Below, in pieces: positions 1 through 8,636 of a DNA stretch of 64,000 bases. A program made the translations under genes and the position numbers. The notes beneath the pieces were generated by a model. That model was given only the letters and a program-made list of their open reading frames with translations, was not told where the DNA came from and made no database searches. Within the stretch, counting starts at the first letter, position 1; each line of letters opens with the position of its first letter. Source of the stretch: Candidatus Staskawiczbacteria bacterium (GTDB lineage: Bacteria; Patescibacteriota; Minisyncoccia; Minisyncoccales; Staskawiczbacteraceae); contig CAILLM010000008.1 of the NCBI GenBank assembly GCA_903835075.1, forward strand, positions 25,498-89,497, given 5' to 3'.

Positions 1-670
1 TAATATCCTGGGCATTTGCAGTGAAATTAGTTTTATTTGCTAAAGTTGAAAAAGTTGTATTTTGGATGAAAGTATTAAGATCGTTGATTGTCTTTATCTG
101 AAGTGATATAGGAGCAACTGTTGGCTGATTAACTGCCGGAGGACAACTGCAATTTGCTAAGGCGGCGGTTGTTGGGTCAGAAAAACTTTCAGTCATACCA
201 TTTCTATCTGTGCATATATAATTTGTGCCGTTACTGGCTATGGCATACCAATTTGAATCACTGACGCTACCTGGGTAACAAGAGTTAGTTGTGTCTCCAT
301 CATTACAAACAAAAGTAGTATAGCCCAGTCCATTCAGTCCACTTTTAATATTGGCGACGGTATTGCCAAGAAGTGACGGAGAATTATTCACACAAAATGC
401 ATAATCACTTTTCCATGACGATATGTTTTTAAAATTAACAGATGCATCATAGAGGGATTGCATTAATTCTTTCGGCGTTGCTGTTGGCACAACAGTAGAA
501 CCAGAGAGTGCAGCAGAAAAAATTTTTATTTGTACTATTAGGGACGCTATTTGTGCTTGAAGTTGGGCAATTATTGAAAGATTACCCGTGCCTTGAGCGC
601 TAACAACGCCACCAAAACATAAAAGTGTTACCGCTAAAATGCCTGTAAAAATTAAATATTTTATTTTCAT
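1..670 (-). CDS. Surface/secreted protein, tandem paralog of the 672..3392 gene; N-terminal part only, the gene runs off the window edge
   Basis: ATG at 670 lies 1 nt after the TAA stop of the upstream gene on the minus strand. Translated N-terminus MKIKYLIFTGILAVTLLCFGGVVSAQ...IAQLQAQIASL nearly repeats the signal peptide plus coiled-coil start of the 672..3392 protein. The frame stays open to position 1. Confidence 0.6.
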   Translation of the reverse strand, partial: MKIKYLIFTGILAVTLLCFGGVVSAQGTGNLSIIAQLQAQIASLIVQIKIFSAALSGSTVVPTATPKELMQSLYDASVNFKNISSWKSDYAFCVNNSPSLLGNTVANIKSGLNGLGYTTFVCNDGDTTNSCYPGSVSDSNWYAIASNGTNYICTDRNGMTESFSDPTTAALANCSCPPAVNQPTVAPISLQIKTINDLNTFIQNTTFSTLANKTNFTANAQDI

Positions 671-671
671 G

Positions 672-3392
672 TTATTTTTTTAATAAAGTTTGAAGTTGAG
701 CAACTAAATTTGCAAGTGCGTCAGAAATTGATGCAACCGAGGTGTTGCCACTAGTAGATGCTGTGGTTGAAGTAATTGTGAAATAATTATCGCTGTGATC
801 ATATGTATCACCCACTTCATACCCAATTGAAATTTTGTAGTTGCTTGATGGGACTATAGATTCGCCCATAGCTCCCGTAGGAATTTTCCATGAATACGTA
901 TGAGCAGCTGCGGAAATCCCAGACGCAACCTGATAAGACATTGTAGCTTGCGACAAACTGTTATAACCAATTAGCCCTATAACAACAGTCTTACCTGCCG
1001 GGACGTTTACCGATGTCCAAGTTATATTGTGCGTCGTTCCTTTCACCCAAGACTCTCCACCATTTGGTGAGGTGATGGTAATTACTGCTTTTGATGCTGA
1101 ACAATTTACTGTTGCGCCATTATTTGGTCCTGTGCAATTCCAAGTCCAAGAATTTAAACTTGTATTGCTAGAAACAGCCGAAGCTGTACCATTTACGCAA
1201 AAACCTGTTGTTGGAGCTGTTGTAATAGCCACCCCGTTTGCCGAACCACATGTAGTTGATGTGGTGATTGCAAATTGATTATCACTGTAATCACGCGTTG
1301 CAAGATCATAGAATACTTGAATTTCATAATCATTAGCATTTGCTATACTTGCATATGCATCTGTAGGGATTGTCCATGAATACGAATTTGCGGATACAGA
1401 TATGTTCTCTGCTATTTGGAACGAATATGTTGCTCCTGAAGAAGTCCCCCTAATAAGCTGTATAGTAACCTTCCCACCTGCCGGAATATTGGCCGATGTC
1501 CAAGTTATATTGTGAGTAGTTCCTTGTTGCCAAGATTCTCCGCCATTTGGCGAGGTAAGCGTGATTGATGGCGCGGTAGTAACTGCTGGTGGAGGTGCAA
1601 TAACTGGTGGAGTGATGACTGTTGGAGTGGTAACTATTGGTGTGGTTGTTGTTTGCGTACAATATTGATATGTTATTGGTTTGTTTGTGGTTACGTTGCA
1701 ATTGTTTGCATCGGTAACTGTTCTTGTTTGAAAACTAGATGCACAAGTCCCCCAAGTTCCGGTTTGCCAATTTGGCGTGCAAACAGTTCCCGATCCAACT
1801 GCATTTACAAGTGGAGTTTTATAATTGTCTAATCCTGAAACCTGATGGTTGCTTACCCCACTAATTACCCAGTCAATTTCACTAATTTTAAAATAAACAT
1901 ATCCTGTCACGCCGGTAGCGGTGGCGCTAACAGTAACCGTTGCGGTTCCTCCATCCCAAATGAGACCCGAGGGTATAGACTGAACATTTTTGATGACACC
2001 AGTAGATGTACAAATATTGCTACTGTTGCAAATCTGTACAGTAACATTACCCTCAGTTATTGGTGGTACCACCCCGCCAATATCTTGAATTTTAAAAGTA
2101 ATAACACCCGTGGCATAACTATTCGCGGGATTTGTTAAATTATTTGTATATGTATTTGTAGCATTTACAAATGACAATATTGCTGTGGGTTGTGGGGTTG
2201 TTGCGGTAATTGTGAAATAATTATCACTAAAATCGTCATCTAAATAATCAGTCATCCCTCCTGGGCCCGTTGTGCCACCAGTCCCCGAAAGCAACAACCA
2301 AACTTTATAATTGCCACTCGAGATGGTTTTTGATATATTTGGACAATTATAACCGCTTGGAGTAAATGTATAGTCTTTATTTGACCCTGACACGGAGCTG
2401 ACATAACACGTTCCGCCATCTGGATATTGTAAATAAATTGCTATCTTGTCATTTCCAACATTACCAGTAGTCGCCCATGTTATATTCATCAATTGGTTTG
2501 GCCCATAGCTCGCTCCTCCGTTTGGTGAAATTACAGTAATTGATGGTTGGGTTGGAGTTGTGCATGAATGGCTAACACAGGTTTGGCCAGAAGCACAGTC
2601 ATAATTAACCACACAAGTTGTCGAAGCAGTAATACTAAAATAGCTGTCGCTGGCATCTAAATAGCTAACTCCATTAATTGAAGTTTTAACTTCCGCCCTG
2701 TACTGACCAACTGGAATATTGCTAGGAAGGGTTGCATAGAAAATACCGCTGTTTAAAACTCCAATATAATCAGATTGCGACGGAACATCAAAATAATATT
2801 CCTGGCCGGAAGAAACATTTCTTAGACGAGCTATCATATAACTACTTGCAGGCATTCCAGTTGTTGTCCACCTTATCGTTTGTGAAGAGCCTTGTGCCCA
2901 CACTTCTCCTCCGTTTGGCGAAGTAACTGTAATAGTTGGCGTAGTTGTGGTTGTTGAACATGCGTAAAGTGTGTTCAATTTTTGTCTTGTAACTGGGCCG
3001 ACCCATCCACTTGCTCTAATCGCATATTTTTTTTGAAGTAATTTGATTGCACCAGAGACTTTACTGCTGTAAACCGTTGGAACCACAACAGGATTATAAA
3101 TGTCTTCCTTATCTAAAATAATAAGCAATGCAGTTAAATCAGCGCTAGATGGATAAACCCCATCAGCTCCAAAGTCTGTATTAAAAGAATAACACCACTT
3201 TGTTGGAGTTGGGTTTGGAGTTGGTGTTTGGTTATTTTGAAGCGCTTGAATTTGTGCCATCAAGCTATCAATTTGTGCTTGAAGCTGAGCAATTAATGCA
3301 GATTTATCTGGGCTTTGTGCACCAACAACTCCGCTAAAACATAAAAGTGCCGTTGCTAAAACAGCTGCGAACATTAGAGATTTTATTTTCAT
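672..3392 (-). CDS. Large secreted cell-surface protein. Signal peptide, N- and C-terminal AQLQAQI-type coiled-coil segments, a putative peptidoglycan-binding segment, Thr/Pro-rich linkers, and four copies of a ~100-aa Ser/Thr-rich repeat domain
   Basis: 906-aa ORF. N-terminus MKIKSLMFAAVLATALLCFSGVVGAQ is signal-like. YAIRASGWVGPVTRQKLNTL resembles a PG_binding_1 motif. Repeats TITVTSPNGGEVWAQGSSQTIRW, SITVISPNGGASYGPNQ..ITW, SITLTSPNGGESWQQGTTHNITW and VITITSPNGGESWVKGTTHNITW. TTTTTP linkers. Confidence 0.7.
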   Translation of the reverse strand: MKIKSLMFAAVLATALLCFSGVVGAQSPDKSALIAQLQAQIDSLMAQIQALQNNQTPTPNPTPTKWCYSFNTDFGADGVYPSSADLTALLIILDKEDIYNPVVVPTVYSSKVSGAIKLLQKKYAIRASGWVGPVTRQKLNTLYACSTTTTTPTITVTSPNGGEVWAQGSSQTIRWTTTGMPASSYMIARLRNVSSGQEYYFDVPSQSDYIGVLNSGIFYATLPSNIPVGQYRAEVKTSINGVSYLDASDSYFSITASTTCVVNYDCASGQTCVSHSCTTPTQPSITVISPNGGASYGPNQLMNITWATTGNVGNDKIAIYLQYPDGGTCYVSSVSGSNKDYTFTPSGYNCPNISKTISSGNYKVWLLLSGTGGTTGPGGMTDYLDDDFSDNYFTITATTPQPTAILSFVNATNTYTNNLTNPANSYATGVITFKIQDIGGVVPPITEGNVTVQICNSSNICTSTGVIKNVQSIPSGLIWDGGTATVTVSATATGVTGYVYFKISEIDWVISGVSNHQVSGLDNYKTPLVNAVGSGTVCTPNWQTGTWGTCASSFQTRTVTDANNCNVTTNKPITYQYCTQTTTTPIVTTPTVITPPVIAPPPAVTTAPSITLTSPNGGESWQQGTTHNITWTSANIPAGGKVTIQLIRGTSSGATYSFQIAENISVSANSYSWTIPTDAYASIANANDYEIQVFYDLATRDYSDNQFAITTSTTCGSANGVAITTAPTTGFCVNGTASAVSSNTSLNSWTWNCTGPNNGATVNCSASKAVITITSPNGGESWVKGTTHNITWTSVNVPAGKTVVIGLIGYNSLSQATMSYQVASGISAAAHTYSWKIPTGAMGESIVPSSNYKISIGYEVGDTYDHSDNYFTITSTTASTSGNTSVASISDALANLVAQLQTLLKK

Positions 3393-3429
3393 TAATTTTT
3401 CCGCCTCAGCGGATAATAAATAATATTAT

Positions 3430-3462
3430 TTAATAATACTCTTACCAAAAAAACAAGTCAAC
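3430..3462 (-). promoter_or_regulatory. Putative sigma70-type promoter of the tandem surface-protein genes (minus strand reads TTGACT-17nt-TATTAT)
   Basis: The reverse complement of this interval contains TTGACTtgtttttttggtaagagTATTAT, about 40 nt upstream of the ATG at 3392. Confidence 0.4.
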
Positions 3463-3506
3463 GTCTTATTTATTGAAAAATGAGCGTTTTGTGGTAATCT
3501 GTTATT

Positions 3507-4814
3507 ATGGAAAGGTTTAAATTTATTACTCAAAAAAACTTTGACGAGCTCCCAAAAACATCGGGAGTTTATTGCCTTGCCTCGCCGAAGCTAAAGGGCG
3601 AAGGCGGGTTTGAGGTAATCTATATTGGCAAAGCTATAAACATAAAAAGCAGAGTTAAAAACCATTTTCAACAGCCAAGCTACCGCGACAATTTATTTAT
3701 TGATAAAGTTAGTAAAATTGGCTACTTGGAGACTAACTCAGAAATTGAAGCCTTAATTTTGGAAGCAAATTTAATTAAAAAATATCAACCCAAGTTCAAT
3801 GTTGTTTGGAAAGACGATAAAAACTATTTTTACGTAGCCATTACACAAGACAAATGCCCAATAGTTTACATTACTCACCAACCCTTCGGCTCCGCTCAGG
3901 GCAAGCCCAAACTACTCACTACAAACTACTCACTACAAACTAAGTATATTGGGCCGTTTGTTGAGGGGACTGCTCTAAAAAAGACTTTAAAATATTTAAG
4001 GCGAGCATTTCCATATTACACCAGCAAGAAGCACCCTAAAACAAAATGCACATGGTGCCATTTGGGACTATGCCCTGGGCCCCGCCTCTTCGAGGCGAGG
4101 CTCGACTCGCCCACTGGCGAGGCGGCAAACCTAAGAAAAGAATACAAAAATAATCTTAAAAAATTAGCCCTAATCTTGCAAGGAAAGCGAAGTGCCGTGC
4201 TTAATTCTCTAAAGCGAGAAATGGCACAATTCTCAAAAGAAAGTAAATTTGAAGAAGCCGGAAAAATCCGCGACCGAATTTATAATCTGCAACAAATTAT
4301 GGCCCACAGCATTGTCATTGAAAATTCCAAAGCCACTCAAGAATCTAATGTTGGAGATATTTTTGCAAAAGTTGAATGTTATGACATTTCAAACATACAA
4401 GGGAAATTTGCAACCGGCTCTATGGTAGTTTTTGTAAATGGAGAGTCAGACAAAAGCCAATACAAAAAATTCAAAATTCGCTTAATGGACACACCAAATG
4501 ACATTGCCATGTTAAGAGAAGTTTTGGAAAGAAGATTCAATCACCCAGAATGGAAATATCCTGAGGTAATTTTAATTGATGGCGGGAAAGCTCAATTAAA
4601 CATTGCCATAAAGGTTAAGAATAAACTGCCCATTAAAATTATTTCAATTGCAAAAGGCAGGCAAGAACTGTTTATTGAAGGCCAAAAAAATCCAATACCG
4701 CTAAAATTATTACCACAAAATATTTACAACTTAATTTTGCAATTAGACAGCGAAGCTCACCGCTTTGCAATCACATATCATAAAAAATTAAGAAAGAAAA
4801 ATTTATTGCAGTAA
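3507..4814 (+). CDS. uvrC: Excinuclease ABC subunit C (UvrC) homolog, short form lacking the C-terminal (HhH)2 domain
   Basis: GIY-YIG motif (GVYCL...VIYIGKAINIKSRVKNHF), Cys-rich region (KCTWCHLGLC), UVR-like helix (AGKIRDRIYNLQQI) and the RNase H-like UvrC endonuclease domain (ECYDISNIQGKFATGSMVVFVNG...YKKFKI). Ends at 435 aa. Carries GC-rich in-frame insertions (PFGSAQGKPK; CPGPRLFEARLDSPTGEAANL). Confidence 0.75.
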   Translation: MERFKFITQKNFDELPKTSGVYCLASPKLKGEGGFEVIYIGKAINIKSRVKNHFQQPSYRDNLFIDKVSKIGYLETNSEIEALILEANLIKKYQPKFNVVWKDDKNYFYVAITQDKCPIVYITHQPFGSAQGKPKLLTTNYSLQTKYIGPFVEGTALKKTLKYLRRAFPYYTSKKHPKTKCTWCHLGLCPGPRLFEARLDSPTGEAANLRKEYKNNLKKLALILQGKRSAVLNSLKREMAQFSKESKFEEAGKIRDRIYNLQQIMAHSIVIENSKATQESNVGDIFAKVECYDISNIQGKFATGSMVVFVNGESDKSQYKKFKIRLMDTPNDIAMLREVLERRFNHPEWKYPEVILIDGGKAQLNIAIKVKNKLPIKIISIAKGRQELFIEGQKNPIPLKLLPQNIYNLILQLDSEAHRFAITYHKKLRKKNLLQ

Positions 4815-4853
4815 TTATTGCTTTTTAGTCAAAAATTTGGTAACATATATTTA

Positions 4854-5243
4854 ATGAGAAGATTACTCTCTAACATTATCTCTGCCACATTGGGATTGTG
4901 GTTGGCACTATTATATGTGCCTAAGGTTGTTATAAGGGCATACCCATCATCTAATTTCTTTGGCGTACCGTTAACAGCTCAATGGGAAATTGTTTTAGTT
5001 TTAGGAATTACTTTGGGATTGCTAAATTATTTCTTAAGACCAGTTCTAAAAGCACTTACTCTACCCTTAGAAATTCTCACTCTTGGACTTTTTACAATAG
5101 TAATAAATATGGGTTTAGTCTGGATTTTGGACTCAATTTTTGATGAATTATATGTCCCAATTCTAATGCCCCTATTGTATACAACACTTATTGTTTGGGG
5201 ATTGAATATTATAATTAGTTTCTTCTTAGTTAAAAACAAATAA
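4854..5243 (+). CDS. Small 4-TM membrane protein, DUF360 / phage-holin-4_2-like family
   Basis: Four predicted hydrophobic helices of YvlD/DUF360 type. The track start at 4818 is a TTG; the first ATG (MRRLLSNII) is at 4854. Confidence 0.45.
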   Translation: MRRLLSNIISATLGLWLALLYVPKVVIRAYPSSNFFGVPLTAQWEIVLVLGITLGLLNYFLRPVLKALTLPLEILTLGLFTIVINMGLVWILDSIFDELYVPILMPLLYTTLIVWGLNIIISFFLVKNK

Positions 5244-5251
5244 TAAAAATT

Positions 5252-5470
5252 ATGAATCAAATTCTATTTTACTCACAAGTTATCACATCTGTAGTTTTAA
5301 TTGTGCTTATTGTAATCCAACAAAGAGGCGCTGCCTTGGGTTCTGGATTTGGAGGTGGTGGTGAAATTTATGCCACAAAACGCGGAGCACAGAAAAAAAT
5401 ATATTACGCTACGGTTGCAGTAGTAACCATTTTCCTAGTTTTGGGCGTATTAAATATATTAATACCGTAG
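5252..5470 (+). CDS. secG: Preprotein translocase subunit SecG
   Basis: 72 aa with two TM helices flanking the Gly-rich SecG loop QQRGAALGSGFGGGGEIYATKRG. Confidence 0.65.
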   Translation: MNQILFYSQVITSVVLIVLIVIQQRGAALGSGFGGGGEIYATKRGAQKKIYYATVAVVTIFLVLGVLNILIP

Positions 5471-5485
5471 GTTTTAAACCAAACA

Positions 5486-7489
5486 ATGGCAAAGTCAAAG
5501 TTTCCTAAACTTTCTCAATGGAAACAACTTTTTAAAATATTGAAAAAACCCGAAAAAATCTTTTTTTTGATTTTTCTGGTGTTGTTTATTGCATCTGCAA
5601 CTTACCTTGTAGTTAATTTTTATATAAATAATACAAAAGCGGTCCCTGCATTTGGCGGAACATATACAGAAGGCGTTGTTGGTCAGCCAAGATTCATAAA
5701 TCCTATTTATGGAGAAACAAATGATGTTGATAGAACTTTAATAGACCTCACCTATTCCGGATTAATGACTTATGATAAAGATGGAAAACTTATAAATGAC
5801 CTAGTAAAAAACTATCAAATTTCCGACAATGGGAAAACCTATACCTTCCAATTAAAAGACAAACTTTACTGGCAAGATGGCTCTCCCCTTACCGTTGATG
5901 ATGTTATCTACACAATAAAAACAATTCAAAATTCCGACTATAAAAGTCCTTTAAGAGCAAATTGGTTAAACGTAGATGCCAAAAAAATTTCTGACATATC
6001 ATTTGCGTTGTCCTTGGGGTCACCTTACAACTCTTTTCTAGAAAACTGTACAATAAAAATAATCCCTCAACATATTTGGAAAAATATTTTGCCTGAAAAC
6101 TTTGCTCTTTCACCGCACAACCTACAACCAGTTGGCTCGGGGCCATATACTCTTTCTGATATACGAGAAAATAAAGACAGCTTTATAACCAACCTAGCGC
6201 TTTCCGTAAATCATAAATATTATAGTAAGCTGCCATATATATCAGAAATTAATTTCAGGTTTTTTGGTAATAAAAATGATTTAATTAGCGCAGCCAACCA
6301 AAAAACAATTGATGGGTTCCCTGTTTCAGACTTAGAAAATAATGAAGCTTTGGCGGAAAAAGATGTCCACCAAGGGTGGAATACAAATGAAAAATTCCAA
6401 GTTTATTCTTTCTCACTGCCAAGATATTTTGCAGTATTCTTCAACTTACAGAATTCTAGAATTTTGTCTGATGGCAACATCACGCAAGCACTTAATTATT
6501 CTGTTAACAAGCAAGAACTTGCCCAAAATGTATATAATAAATTTAAAATAAAAACACCTGTTGTTAATTCCCCTATTTTGCCAGATTATTTTGGCTATTC
6601 ACAACCAAAAACAACTTACGACTACAATGTAGACTCTGCAAACAAACTTTTGGATAAATCTGGATACAAAGATTCAGGAGCTGGGCAAAGGACAAAAGCA
6701 AACAACAAAAAACCAGCATTTCAGTTTACTGGCTACTTGTCTACAAAATCTAAAGGTAATGAAGTTATAGAGCTTCAAGGATGTCTTTCTAGGCTAGACA
6801 GCAGCTTTAAAACTCTTTTGCAAACAGACCCAAGTGGGAAATATGGCGCAGGGACAGAAGCGGCTGTAACGGCATTTCAAAAAAAATATTTGCCAGGAGT
6901 CCCAACCACAGGAGAAACAGGAACTGGCACAAGAAAAGCTCTAAACACAGCTTGTTTTATAGCTCAAAGTAGCTCTTTGCCCCTACAATTCACATTAACC
7001 ACAATCAACCAACCACAAATGGTTTACACTGCCAATCTTTTAAAAAATTATTGGCAAAAAGTTGGGGTGATAGTTACAATAAAAACCGTAGAGCTTTCAG
7101 AATTAAAAAATGTTATTAAAAATCGTGACTACGATGCCCTACTTTATGGTGAGGCCTTTGGAAGTATCCCTGATTTATATCCATTTTGGCATTCCACACA
7201 AATAAATGACCCAGGGCTGAATCTTTCTGAATATCAGAACACAAACGCTGACCAATTATTAAAAGATGCCCGGGAAACGCTGGACAACAATGTGAAAGCT
7301 CAGAAATATGGAATTCTACAAGACACAATACTTTCGGGCTCTCCTGCACTCTTCTTATACAACCCCGACTATCTCTACTGGGCCTCACAAAAAGTGAAAG
7401 GAATTGATACAATTAAAATAGCTGACCCAGCTAAAAGATTTGAAAATATTCAAAATTGGTATATTAACACACATAGAACATGGAAATAA
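5486..7489 (+). CDS. ABC-transporter substrate-binding protein, family 5 (oligopeptide/nickel OppA/DppA-like), N-terminal membrane anchor, with an inserted putative peptidoglycan-binding segment
   Basis: SBP_bac_5-type N-terminal region (GGTYTEGVVGQPRFINPIY...LTYSGLMTYDKDGKL...YTFQLKDKLYWQDGSPLTVDDV). Internal GKYGAGTEAAVTAFQKKYLPGVPTTGETGTGTRKALN resembles PG_binding_1. Confidence 0.7.
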   Translation: MAKSKFPKLSQWKQLFKILKKPEKIFFLIFLVLFIASATYLVVNFYINNTKAVPAFGGTYTEGVVGQPRFINPIYGETNDVDRTLIDLTYSGLMTYDKDGKLINDLVKNYQISDNGKTYTFQLKDKLYWQDGSPLTVDDVIYTIKTIQNSDYKSPLRANWLNVDAKKISDISFALSLGSPYNSFLENCTIKIIPQHIWKNILPENFALSPHNLQPVGSGPYTLSDIRENKDSFITNLALSVNHKYYSKLPYISEINFRFFGNKNDLISAANQKTIDGFPVSDLENNEALAEKDVHQGWNTNEKFQVYSFSLPRYFAVFFNLQNSRILSDGNITQALNYSVNKQELAQNVYNKFKIKTPVVNSPILPDYFGYSQPKTTYDYNVDSANKLLDKSGYKDSGAGQRTKANNKKPAFQFTGYLSTKSKGNEVIELQGCLSRLDSSFKTLLQTDPSGKYGAGTEAAVTAFQKKYLPGVPTTGETGTGTRKALNTACFIAQSSSLPLQFTLTTINQPQMVYTANLLKNYWQKVGVIVTIKTVELSELKNVIKNRDYDALLYGEAFGSIPDLYPFWHSTQINDPGLNLSEYQNTNADQLLKDARETLDNNVKAQKYGILQDTILSGSPALFLYNPDYLYWASQKVKGIDTIKIADPAKRFENIQNWYINTHRTWK

Positions 7490-8478
7490 AAAATATTGAT
7501 AAATTAAACATGAGGGGAGTTATTGTCGCCTCGCCAGAGCAACTTACAAGGGGTTTGGAGTTGGCAAAAAACATAAAAATAAAAGGTGAATTTAAAAATG
7601 TTATTATTTGTGGAATTGGAGGCTCTGCCTTGCCTGCCAATATTTTAGATGCAACCGTAACTACAAAAATTCCCTTATACATACACCGAGATTATGATTT
7701 ACCAGCGTCAGCAAACGAAGACAGCTTAATTGTGTGTATCTCTTATTCTGGTAACACAGAAGAGACTGTTTCAGCTTTAGAGAAAGCAATACACAAAAAT
7801 ATTACTGCTGTAGCAATTACAACTGGAGGTAAACTTGAAAAAATGTGCGAAGAGCACAACATAGCCTTAGCCAAAATTCCAGCAGGAATTCAGCCACGAT
7901 CAGCAACAGGATATTTATTCTCTGCATTATCAACAATTTTAAATAATTGTGGAATAATTGACGATATCTCAGAAGATATTTTAAATACTGCCGAAGAATT
8001 AGAAAAAATAAATTCTAATTTAGAAAAAGAAGGAAAAGCACTTGCCAAAAAATTAGCAGATAAAATTCCTGTTGTCTATGCCTCAAATAATTTTAAAGTA
8101 GCATCTAGAATTTGGAAAATAAAATTTAATGAAAATTCCAAAATTCCAGCATTCCACAACTACTTTCCAGAACTAAACCATAACGAAATGGTGGGCTTCA
8201 CAGATAAAAAAATGGCTAGTGGCTTTTATGTTTTAATAATTAAAGACAAAAAAGACCACGAGAGAACACTTAAAAGAATGGACTTGACTTCTTTAATATT
8301 AAAGAAAAAAGGCATAAAAAATAGCTTTATAGAAACTGTAGATGGTTCAATAATACTAAAATTCTTTGAGATTTTATTGTTAGGCGATTGGACCTCTTAT
8401 TATATCGCTATAAACAATAAAATTGATCCCACGCCAGTTGAGATGGTGGAAGAGTTTAAAGTAATGCTGAATAAATAA
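7480..8478 (+). CDS. Bifunctional phosphoglucose/phosphomannose isomerase (SIS-domain PGI/PMI family)
   Basis: SIS motifs GIGGSALPANIL and ISYSGNTEETV; length and architecture match the archaeal-type bifunctional PGI/PMI. Confidence 0.65.
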   Translation: MEIKNIDKLNMRGVIVASPEQLTRGLELAKNIKIKGEFKNVIICGIGGSALPANILDATVTTKIPLYIHRDYDLPASANEDSLIVCISYSGNTEETVSALEKAIHKNITAVAITTGGKLEKMCEEHNIALAKIPAGIQPRSATGYLFSALSTILNNCGIIDDISEDILNTAEELEKINSNLEKEGKALAKKLADKIPVVYASNNFKVASRIWKIKFNENSKIPAFHNYFPELNHNEMVGFTDKKMASGFYVLIIKDKKDHERTLKRMDLTSLILKKKGIKNSFIETVDGSIILKFFEILLLGDWTSYYIAINNKIDPTPVEMVEEFKVMLNK

Positions 8479-8488
8479 ACTCAATGTT

Positions 8489-8570
8489 GTCGCGGTGGCG
8501 GAACTGGAATACGCGTGCGTCTCAGAAGCGCATCCCGTAAGGGTTGAGGGTTCGACTCCCTCCCGCGGCA
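8489..8570 (+). tRNA. tRNA-Leu (anticodon CAG), class II with long variable arm
   Basis: 7-bp acceptor GTCGCGG/CCGCGGC with one G-U pair. Anticodon stem TGCGT/GCGCA, loop CTCAGAA (U33, CAG, A37). Variable stem-loop CCCGTAAGGG. T-arm GAGGGTTCGACTCCCTC. Discriminator A. No encoded CCA. Confidence 0.75.
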
Positions 8571-8636
8571 CAAAAGTTAGAGGGTTTCCGCCAAAGGCGG
8601 ACCAGCCTCGGGCTGACAAGTCCCTCCCGCGGCACA
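8557..8636 (+). repeat. 16-bp direct repeat of the tRNA-Leu 3' end (TCCCTCCCGCGGCACA at 8557-8572 and 8621-8636) flanking a 48-bp spacer with a CCGCCAAAGGCGG hairpin
   Basis: Exact 16-nt duplication read directly from the sequence. The second copy is not part of a foldable tRNA. Confidence 0.7.

Noticed and set aside
1027-2926. Track ORFs 1027..1278(+), 1450..1701(-), 1845..2138(+) and 2732..2926(+) inside or antisense to the 906-aa surface-protein gene
   Set aside because: They are fully nested in a long, repeat-structured coding gene. Their low-complexity translations and the lack of start context make them shadow ORFs.
8489-8570. Alternative fold of the tRNA as tRNA-Sec (anticodon TCA)
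   Set aside because: That fold puts C at position 33 and needs a non-canonical anticodon stem. The CAG fold has U33/A37, a Leu-type 3-bp D-stem and discriminator A73.
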